Shown: in pieces, positions 40,521 through 52,073 of the stretch | Layout: every line of letters starts with the position of its first letter | How positions within the stretch are numbered: the first letter of the stretch is position 1 | DNA from: Octopus bimaculoides | Lineage: Eukaryota | DNA length: 63,952 nucleotides | Assembly (NCBI RefSeq): GCF_001194135.2 | Contig: NC_069006.1 | Span: 16,741,512-16,805,463 of the forward strand | Direction of reading: 5' to 3' | The notes under the pieces: model-generated | The model's input: only the letters and a program-made list of their open reading frames with translations | The model's database searches: none | What the model was told of the DNA's origin: nothing | Program-made: the position numbers and the translations under genes

Positions 40521-41250
40521 TCTGAATACATTTCTTTTTATATTTTAAGTAGCTTTTAATTATTTACCTTACATTTAATATATCTTATTGTTCCCCTCCT
40601 GTAATTGATGCATGTGATCTAAATTTGTAACTGATTTTCTGGTTGAAGTGTTAAAGGTGCATGTATCATCATCATCATCATCATCATCGTCGTTTAACGT
40701 TCGCTTTCCATGCTAGCATGGGTTGGACGATTTGACTGAGGACTGGTGAAACTGGATGGCAACACCAGGCTCCAATCTGATTTGGCAGAGTTTCTACAGC
40801 TGGATGCCCTTCCTAACGCCAACCACTCAGATGGTACGATAGATAGCTGAAACTAAATTGCCATTTAAGGGACATATATGACTGAGAAAATAACATTTTA
40901 TAGTCGGATTAAAACTTGTTGAAAATGTTTGTAGTTGCTAATATTCAATAAAGATGTCAAATTATCAGGACTAGGATTTCTTAAACTGACCTTAATACTT
41001 GACAGGTACTTTATTTTTCTTACTTGAGAATGATGCAATGTAAATTTACTTGGACAGGATCTGAACTAAGAAAATAAAAGGCTGTAATTAGTTATGCCCC
41101 ACTCTAACGATCCAGCCAAACAACTACATTTTCTAACACAGAATATTAATAAAGCCTAATGCTAAAAATAATAGCAAATTGTAAACTTAACCTTTATGAT
41201 TTAGATTTTAAAATAAATTTCAACTATATTGCATTATAATTGGGAAAAAA

Positions 41251-41564
41251 AAACACAATTAAACCCTGGGAGAGGCATTATGCCGGTAATAAACACACGC
41301 ACTGGTTCAGTCCTTTATTAATTTATATAGTTTTTTGTTAAATTATTTCATTGCACTCTTGCAATCTCTTCAGTAACTTGTCTCTCCACTTCCATTTAAT
41401 AAAAATAAATGGAAGTGGAGAGACAAGTTACTGAAGAGATTGCAAGAGTGCAATGAAATGATTTAACAAAAAAAACTAAATACTGTTTATAAATTAATAA
41501 AGGACTGAACCAGTGCGTGTGTTTATTACCGGCATAATGCATCTCCCAAGGTTTAATTGTATTT
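41251..41564. repeat. Long palindrome (arms about 148 and 159 nt, 7-nt loop) of a hammerhead-bearing element
   Basis: 41345-41398 pairs perfectly with 41406-41459 (54 bp); the arms extend with few mismatches. Confidence 0.92.
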
Positions 41565-42261
41565 CTTTCAACACACGTATCCACATCAAGAATCTTGCAC
41601 ACGAAATACACATACAAAATGGGAAAAAAAACTTTTCTAAAAAATACATTATGGAAAAATATGATTGAAAAACTAGCACTTTTAAAAACTTTTTATAGTT
41701 TTATTTGCATTATTTTTATCTTGTCTTTTACATTTTTTTTTCACAAAATGCATTTTTCAGACAAGCACATTAAAAATAAATTAATCATATGGTAATTAAA
41801 ACGTGAGAAAATAACTGTAAAATATATATTTAAGAAATACAAAATAGTGGAAAACATGGCTGGAATTGTTTCAAAATTGGTAGCAGGGAATTTATATGAA
41901 CATACATAAATTGTCACACATACATACAGCCATATAAATAGTCATATACATAAAACTACATACACACTGATGTACTCACAAGTGCACTTACACACACATG
42001 CAATGAATCACAGAAATTCAAACACCCACACAGATTTAAAACACAAATTCACAAGATATTCACACACATTCACAAAATTCAATGTGTAACCACACACATA
42101 TGCATACAAGAAGTCTCATATGTTACCTATGTCCACACACATATGTACGCACTATTCCGCACACATATTTACAAATATATAACTATACACTATTACTTAC
42201 ATCCACATAGGCATTCATTTTTATACACACATGCATACTCCTTTATAGTCACATCCAGATA

Positions 42262-42294
<33 letters not shown>

Positions 42295-42563
42295 TCACGT
42301 TTATGCAGATGCTCATACATTCACATCCACACACATATTCACACACACATTCATACCTACTTTTACACATATAAACACTTCTGCACATACATTTGCACTT
42401 ACACACATACATACATACATACACACACACTCATATCCACATCTACACAATAGACTCATACAGCCACGCATACATTCATACTCACATCTAAGCACACATA
42501 CATTAATATCCACGTAAATACACACTCACCTTCACGCACGCACGCACACACACACACACACAT

Positions 42564-42739
42564 TTACAAACAAATCAAGAAGTCAAGATCTTCAATGCAA
42601 TTCTTTAAGACTTTCAGTTCTGCAAAATGGCTTTCTCTGTTGTCATTTGTTTCAGTTTTGTTGTTGTTGTTGCTGTGTAGGCTGAAAACAGATTCTATGG
42701 AACCAGCATCACCGATATCAGGAACATTCAGGTTTCCTT
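42564..42739 (-). CDS. ZCWPW2: ZCWPW-like coding exon 9 (terminal)
   Basis: ctgttag| EGNLNVPDIGDAGSIES...LKNCIEDLDFLICL* with TAA at 42566-42564. Confidence 0.72.
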
Positions 42740-45700
42740 CTAACAGGATCAGCAGATATAGATGATTAGATATGAAGAAAGATAGATAGAGAGAGAAAGA
42801 TAGATAGAGAGATACGTAGAAAGATAGATAGAGAGAGAAAGATAGATAGAGAGAGAAAGATAGATAGAGAGAGAAAGATAGATAGAGAGAGAAAGATAGA
42901 TAGAGAGATACGTAGAAAGACAGATAGAGAGAGAAAGATAGATAGAGAGATACGTAGAAAGATAGATAGAGAGATACGTAGATAGATAGATAGAGAGATA
43001 CGTAGAAAGACAGAGAGAGAAAGATAGATAGAGAGATACGTAGAAAGACAGATAGAGAGAGAAAGATAGATAGATAGAGAAAGATAGATAGAGAGATACG
43101 TAGAAAGACAGATAGAGAGAGAAAGATAGATAGAGAGATACGTAGAAAGACAGATAAAGAGAGAAAGATAGAGAGATACATAGAAAAATAGATAGAGAGA
43201 GAAAGATAGAGAGATACGTAGAAAGATAGATAGAGAGAGAAAGATAGATAGAGAGAGAAAGATAGATAGAGAGAGAAAGATAGATAGAGAGAGAAAGATA
43301 GATAGAGAGATACGTAGAAAGACAGATAGAGAGAGAAAGATAGATAGATAGAGAAAGATAGATAGAGAGATACGTAGAAAGACAGATAGAGAGAGAAAGA
43401 TAGATAGAGAGATACGTAGAAAGACAGATAAAGAGAGAAAGATAGAGAGATACATAGAAAAATAGATAGAGAGAGAAAGATAGAGAGATACGTAGAAAGA
43501 TAGATAGAGAGATGCGTAGAAAGATAGATAGAGAGAGAAAGATAGATAGAGAGAGACAATATAAACAAGGATATAAATAAAGAAAGAGAGATAACCAGAA
43601 TTGTGTAGATATCATCATCATCTTCATCATCGTTTTAACCACTACTTTTCCATGTTAGCATGATTCAGATGAAATTCAGTGAGACAGAATTTCTGAGGCA
43701 GGATGCTATTCCTGTTGCCAACCCTCACATGTTTCCGAAGTAGTAATACTTCACTAGTAAACTGTTGTATTATGCCAATTATCTTCTATCAGCACTGTGG
43801 TGTTATGGGCTGTGATGAGCTATGTGTTGTGGTGGAGAGGGGTGAGGCAAACAGAGGTGAAGCCAGACCGGAAGGGTCAGATCGGAAGTCGGCGACACGC
43901 GGTCGAAGGCTAGCACGTGGGGCCAGTGAGAAAACAGCGACGTTACGAGAAAGACGTGTTCTGATTAAGAGCGATCGTGTACCCCGCTGCGGTCGTCAAG
44001 GTAAGGTCCAACGCTTCATTCTGTCCTTTTGCTTCTTGTTGTCTTCTTCCTCCATCACACCACAAGCTCATCACAGCCCATAACACCACAAGCACGAGGC
44101 CCAGTCAGGCGGTACTGGCAACGGCCATGCTCAAATGGTGTTTTTTACGTGCCACCAGCACAGGAGCCAGTCCAGCAACACTGCAATGACCTCGCTTAAA
44201 TGTTTTTTTAACACTTATTTGTACTGTGCAGGAACAAGCACTTAGGACGTATACTAAATGCAGAATTGACAATACAACGGAAAGTGATAAGTCCAAGTTG
44301 TGTGGTGATAAAGGTGAGATTGTAAGGTATATTGTGAACGAGTACACAAAGCTGGCCCAAAAAGGATACAAAAAGAAGACATGATAATGTTGCAAGAGTG
44401 ATTCTTTGCGAGCTGTGTGGCAAGTATAGATTGAAAAAAGGCAAAGATGTGTTACAGGAAACTCTCAGGAGTAATTGAGAATGACAAGGGAAAGATACTG
44501 TAGGCTGTAATGTCTAAAATGATCATGAAATTAAACATGCAAAGCTGGATATAGAGGTTGTGAATAAAGAGGGGAAAAAAAAAAGCTGCTTAAACATAAA
44601 TATTGCATGCCCTGCTGATGCCAGTGAATTAGAAAAAGAAGGAAATCAGGTCAGACATGATGTGATAAGGGAAATATAAAGACTGTGGTCATTGAAAGTG
44701 AAAGTTATACTGTAAGTATCAAGATCGCAAATTTGCTTGAAAAGAGAAGGGTAAATGTGCAAGAATCCTCCACAGAGTTCTTGAAATCTGAATGAAGAGT
44801 GTTACCTAAGTCCACTGGGTATGGAAAGCTGACACTTTAGTATATTTTCCACTGAAGTTGCTATATTACACATTATGATGATTGATTTACAATAAAAGAC
44901 TGAATCAATGATTTGAATGCAAGTAAAATCTCTCTCACCTGTATAATGAGTTGTAAAATTCTCTATGGATGTTATGTCTCCTAAAAGGATCTGGTAGTCA
45001 CTGTCAGGAGTGTAGTAAGAGCTGGGATCAGTGTAGTCTCTTAAATTTGCTCCTACTTTTTTTTCAGTTTCTTGAAATATTTCTGAAAGATATGTTTTTG
45101 ACTTGATGTTATTTAAATTTTAGTCTGGACAAACATTTATTTCTACCAAATATAGCTGGGACTGTTGACATCTCCCCCTTGTAAAGCCAACTTCACACAG
45201 GAATTTGAATTCAAAGCATAAAGTAGTGTAGCTAAATACCTTGGAACCTACCCTGAAATCCAATTCACTCATCTCCCTTTCTCTTGTACAGTCTATATGC
45301 CCTACCCTGGGGCCCACACTAATTATAATAGATATGTTATCATTTTAATCAAAGTCGTTGTCATGGTCATCACCGCCATCTGCCGCAGCAATGACACAAT
45401 CATCAATGTTACCATCACATCCTCATCATCAACATTTTATATTCATTTTTCCATACTGATATAGGCTGGATGGTGTCTTACAACATATTGTTACCCCACA
45501 ATGGTCCTTTGTCTTCCATCCCACTATGGCAATTTATCTTGCAGTGTGTGAATACAAAGCAAACTGCCAGTGGCAACTTACCATATTCAAACTGATAAGA
45601 GGTATTGTATTGATCCACCAGCTTGAAATGTTCGAATATGGCTGGAGTATCTGAAATATCTGTAACAGAAAACAATAGCAAGATTATGTTTAAAGAATAA

Positions 45701-46903
45701 TGATATAATCACATCTGCAATGCAGAAGGGATCAAATAGATCATGGCAAATTAACTTGGAAGCACCTCCACATATCTTTGGCTAAACAGATTACTCGAAA
45801 AAAAAATGTATTCCAGCTAGTTCAACTGATCAGTACAGCAGTCCATACAGAGTCAAAGAGTTGTTTACTGGTCTTGTCTTGGGCATCCTGTAAATCTTGT
45901 GTATGCAACAAAGGTATGTCATTTATCGAACAAAAACAAATGGATAATTCAAAACATCACTACACACATTTCAGTAGCATAGTATATTCACAAATATTAA
46001 GTCTGTTACATAACTTAGATTACATTAAATAAATCCTAGTGTTATATAACCACTCAATTTCATCAGGTATTCTGTCAAATATTTTGGTGAAATACAACGA
46101 ATCTATGAGGGGAGGAGATATTTCTAACCAACTAGAATGAAACAAGTATTTTCAATGTAGAGTGGAGATATTAAAATTGGCAATCAATTAAACAGCATAC
46201 TTCCAAAGGTAACTAAAGTAATGTATGCTCATCCTAGAGTAGAGTGGTCAAGCATATTCAGTTCATATGTTGGAATATATAGCTAAGTCATATTTTGATG
46301 GATAGTTAATGACTAGTAGTAAACAATACAATTACCTCCAAAACAAGACAGCCAACCAATGCAAATTGACTGGGAAAGAAGCTCTTTGTATATATCAACC
46401 GATGCTGGTGTGTTTACATCCCCGTAACTTAGCAGTTTGGCAAAAGAGACCAACAGAATAAGTACTAGGCTTACAAAGAATAAGTTCTGGGGTCGATTTG
46501 TTCGACTAAAAGGCGGTGCTCCAGCATGGCCGCAGTCAATTGATTGAAAGAAGTAAAAGAATATATTAATGTTATGGTTTTGCAACCATAATATACTACC
46601 AAGTATCTTAAACTTTTGAAAGTCGATAGTGTATCTTACTTTTTGTGTCAGCAGTGCAATGTTCTCATTTTTAACTTTGATCTTAATAGAATTTGTATAG
46701 AATTCAGAACCAGCTCTGCAAGTTATGACATTTCATATACGAATGCTATTATGACATTTCGTAAATGATACAATCAAGGATAGAAAATATAGGTAGGTAT
46801 TTTCCTCTCTTCAATCACATTGTCTACTTAAAAGTATTCATATACAAAACATTGTAACTTGCAGTGTTGACTCTAAATTCTATAGAAGATCAATCGAGTT
46901 AAA

Positions 46904-46951
<48 letters not shown>

Positions 46952-49418
46952 ACAGGAAGAAATATAAATATATCTATAAAATTTATAAATGTTTCATATG
47001 CAAAAATCTGGCAGAATAATGAGACAAAAGATGTGAAAATAATGATGAAGATGATGATGAAGATTGTGGTGATGGTAGTGACTAGCAGGTAAGTAAGAAT
47101 AATAAGAAGGTCTTTGCCTTACCATCTAAAGCACTGTATTTAGTAAGGTTGTTGTTATTGTTCAACAGTCCTGCAGGTATTTTTCTTTTACTTTTTGCTT
47201 TTGGCTGTGTAGTATCATGTTGGATTTTAACATTCCCAGATTTGTAGATTTCGTATGCAAGGAGATTCCTGATAATAGATGTGGTAAATGTACTGGTAAT
47301 TATAGCTGACATAACATTAGGGACAATGTCAGTAAGATAAAAATCCATGGAAAATGAAGATGACACATCTGTTCATCTCTCATGCTCCCACAAATTTACT
47401 TTTCCGCCCACACCAGTTCTCTTTATTCACCTTCCTAGAATTTATGATTATGCCCTGGCACATTGTCCTTCTCTTCCAACAGAGACAACTAGGTTTCCCC
47501 CACTACAGCAAAGCACTTATTGTTGTCCTCCAATCATACTTTAACATCTCATCACCTGGCATAAAGAAACCTCCCTCAATAGTTGGCATGGACTTGTCTC
47601 TCTAGGTTCTTGATGCTTAGTTTGAAGCCTGCTAACTTGTCTCAGTTGATGTGTCTTCCTAAATACCTATGTTACTTCTCTACTATGTAACTAGTGGAGG
47701 CGCAATGGCCCAGTGGTTAGGGCAGCGGACTCGCAGTCATAGGATCGCGGTTTCCGATTCCCGTTGTGAGTGTTTATTGAGCGAAAACACCTAAAGCTCC
47801 ACGAGGCTCCGGCAGGGGATGGTGGCGAACCCTGCTGTACTCTTTCACCACAACTTTCTCTCACTCTTTCTTCCTGTTTCTGTTGTGCCTGTAATTCAAA
47901 GAGTCAGCCTTGTCACTGTGTCACGCTGAATATCCCCGAGAACTATGTTAAGGGTACACGTGTCTGTGGAGTGCTCAGCCACTTGCACGTTAATTTCACG
48001 AGCAGGCTGTGACAGAGTACCAACAACAACAACTATGTAACTGATCACTTCAATCTTCAAAGTATCTAAGATCATAACAGGGATATTGTCCACTTATGCT
48101 TCAGACTGATCCAAATTGATCAGAGCTCCACCAAAGCCAGCTTTCATCCCTACCCTCTCTATGATGCATCACATAAGGTGGAGGTTGTCAAGGATAGATC
48201 TGTGTGAGATTGCACACATTTGTGCTTCCCCAACAGCAGTTTTCCATGATTTATACACAATTTCTTCACAAAAATAACAGACCTGATGTCAAGTGTGGCT
48301 TACCCAGCTGACAGCCATAACAACAACAACAACAAAACGGACAGACAGAAATAATGGGGTACCTTTCATAATAGCTTCGGGCAACATGACCTTTGTATTT
48401 CTGTAATGTATTTGTTACCTCACGGTATATAACAGCCCACTTCCTTTTATGTGTTACCTGTAATGGTAGATATTGGTAGAACAGTAGGTAAATGAAACAT
48501 ATATATACATATACATATACATACATTTGTCTCTCTCACCAAGGTCAGCGGCTATCGGACGCCGACGAAGGGAAATAACCCTGAAATCCGGATCCGTTCG
48601 TGCTGCAGATGTTGGTGAGAGGGATAACTACCCTTGGCAAACAGGACACAGTCGTGTGTCGATAAGCCAGCTGGAGGAGATGTCCTCCTGGGGCTGAAAG
48701 CAACAGTAACATCCACCCCTAGGGGTCAGCCACACTTAAGTGGCAATATACTACACTTTATCGTGCAGTTACTGTTAATACTTCATTTAGAGAATTAACA
48801 TTGCTTGTTTTCACCTTTTCGATATCAGTGAAGAATTTCACTTGAAAAGAAGATATAAGATTGCCAGGTTTTTGTNNNNNNNNNNNNNNNNNNNNNNNNN
48901 NNNNNNNNNNNNNNNNNNNNNNNNNNNNNNNNNNNNNNNNNNNNNNNNNNNNNNNNNNNNNNNNNNNNNNNNNNNNNNNNNNNNNNNNNNNNNNNNNNNN
49001 NNNNNNNNNNNNNNNNNNNNNNNNNNNNNNNNNNNNNNNNNNNNNNNNNNNNNNNNNNNNNNNNNNNNNNNNNNNNNNNNNNNNNNNNNNNNNNNNNNNN
49101 NNNNNNNNNNNNNNNNNNNNNNNNNNNNNNNNNNNNNNNNNNNNNNNNNNNNNNNNNNNNNNNNNNNNNNNNNNNNNNNNNNNNNNNNNNNNNNNNNNNN
49201 NNNNNNNNNNNNNNNNNNNNNNNNNNNNNNNNNNNNNNNNNNNNNNNNNNNNNNNNNNNNNNNNNNNNNNNNNNNNNNNNNNNNNNNNNNNNNNNNNNNN
49301 NNNNNNNNNNNNNNNNNNNNNNNNNNNNNNNNNNNNNNNNNNNNNNNNNNNNNNNNNNNNNNNNNNNNNNNNNNNNNNNNNNNNNNNNNNNNNNNNNNNN
49401 NNNNNNNNNNNNNNNNNN

Positions 49419-49465
<47 letters not shown>

Positions 49466-52032
49466 CACACACACATACACACTCATATACATATATATAC
49501 ACTCACACACAAATACAAGTATATAGACACACCTACACACAAGACATGCATACACTGCATATGCACACTTACAATCATATGCATACATCCACACTATATT
49601 CATGTTCGCATACACAAAAACAGGTGCATATATACTCAACCCTTCATACATGCCCACCACAGTCATGATTTACATCTACTTACAGTGCTATAACCGCCTG
49701 CATCCAGTACCACACAGTAGAACTGGTATGTATCAATAGTGATATTTTCCCACATTGCAACCTCAAGGTGCATGTTGTTGGAAGTCAGGAACTGTTTCAA
49801 ATCCACTGTGAAATCTGCTTCATGTCTGTGGTAATTCTACAATGATAATAATAATTATTTCTATTACAGGAACAAGGCCAGGAACTTTCAGGGGAGGTGG
49901 TTTAACCCTTTTGATACCGTATTTATTTTGAAATGTTTTGTGTTTCTTTCAAGTATTTTAAATATAAAAAAGAATTTAGTAAAATAACTTAAGTTATCAT
50001 TAAGCTGATGTTAGGAACATAAATTGTGACTAAGGTTTGGTGGAAGATTTTAATTCAAAACTTATGAAAACAAAAACATTTGTACTACAGAGCCAGGGGC
50101 GGTTTCAGCCAGGTTGGTAACGAAAGGGTTAATCGATTACAACAATCTCAGTACTTGCTTGGTACTTTATTTTATTGACCCCTGAAGGACAAAAGGCGAA
50201 GTTTATCTAAATGAAATTCAAACTGAGAACATAATGATTCAGAAGAAATATTATTAGGAAATTTGTCCGATGCTCTGATTCTGTTGATTTCCTGCCTATA
50301 CAGATAATAATCACAATAATTTCGTTTTGGGATTTGGTTTGCAAGATTTTTTATGTGATTTCGTGCAACCTGTCTTAATGGACAGTCAAGACTATTGATA
50401 AGGTTGCAAGACGCAACGAAAATTTTAGGAAAATAAAAAAATAAGTGGAAATTTTACCGGTGAGTGTGTAAAAATTTTAAGGCACAATAAGAAAATGACT
50501 CTCCCCAGACACAACAGAATCACAATGATTGTTTGTAACATAAATATAAGAAATTTGAGAGGTGAGATTAATCAGTTAAATCAAGCTAGTATTTGACTGG
50601 TACTTTATTTTATTGATGCAGTGGAATTCAAACTCAGAATGTGAAGTGCCAGGAAAACACCATACAGTATTTTGCCTGATATTCTGATGATTCTGCCAAA
50701 TAAAAACAACAGTTTTCTTTTTCTCTTTAGTATTTTAATATAGGAACAAGTCCTAAGGTGGCAAACCATCAGAATCATGACCACACTGGGAAAAATGCTT
50801 AGTGGCATTTTGTCCATCCTTACATTCTGAGTTCAAATTCCACCGGGTTGACTTTGTCTTACATCCTTTTGGGGATTGATGAAATGAGTACTTTGTGCCT
50901 AGAGTAGAAAAGATTTATTTTGTAGCTTCAAGATTTTGATGATGTGATTGTTTATTTTTAGAATGACATGATAGGGTAGGTGTGAAAGGCCAGATCTGGG
51001 TGGCTTAAATATAAAACAAGTAGAATGGTTGGGCCAGATATGACCAGTTTAAAAGCTAAAGGGTTAAACAATAACAAAACCAACATCAACAGCTGCACCA
51101 ATAACAGCAACAACAATAGCAATAACAACAACAAGAAAAACAGAGGGACAGCTGAATAGGAAAAAAGAGAGAAAATAGGTGGGGGGAGGGGAGAGAAGAG
51201 CGACCTTATCACCTGATAACAGAAGTTACCTCTATATCTTGTGTAAGTTTTTCTTCCAAGCTCATGTTTAGTGTGGGGTTCCTTGCAAAGGGAGTCATTA
51301 CTGTTGTACTATTACTCTGATTCACCTTGATGTTCTGGTCATTACACGGGTCCTGTGGTGTCTTTGGGTAGACAGATGCATCATAGACCGTAGAACTGCC
51401 TACAGATAGATTGATAGATAAGTAGGTACTTAGTTTGGTAGGTAGCTATACAGGTAGGCAACCAAGCAGACAGACACACACACACACATACATATATAAT
51501 CATAATCATATATGTATATCATCGTCATTGTCCCCCTGCATGTACCTTGGACAAGTGTTTTCTACTATAGCCCTAGGACAACCACAGACTTGTGATTGAA
51601 CTTGGTAGACGGAAACTGCAGAGTTGTTCATCAGAAAATGACTGTAAAACATGTTCATAAAGAAATCTTATTTGCATCATATTCCTCATGTGCCGATTCT
51701 GCCCATAAGAAAGGAACAAATAATACAATGTGGCTACAGGTCATAACACCCAGGCAACACCTAGGTGCATTGCTAGTGAATTCTTTTATAAGAATTTATC
51801 AAGTAGCTAGCGTGAAAAAAACCTCATAAGGGAAAAATCCATCATTTATTCCCCAAAATATATTTATTTATATAAGGGCATTACTATACATGAATGCCTC
51901 ACGCTAAGAGGGACTCTAAGGTCAAACTACCATAATTTCCTTGCGTTCGGTAAAAATGTGTTTATTATGGTAGTTTGACCTTAGCGTCCCTCTTAGCGTG
52001 AGGCATTCATGTATAGTAATGCCCTTATATAA

Positions 52033-52073
<41 letters not shown>

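Noticed and set aside
42749-43642. 297-334-aa LSIYLS-repeat ORFs
   Set aside because: These are microsatellite translations; only 42564-42739 is supported as an exon.
45120-45317. Possible extra ZCWPW exon
   Set aside because: No convincing phase-compatible splice pair; the flanking exons already join in frame.
51895-51935. Hammerhead reading of the 51.9-kb palindrome (CTAAGAG...GTCAAAC)
   Set aside because: It needs deletions in both CUGANGA and GAAA, and the orientation differs from the other palindromes.
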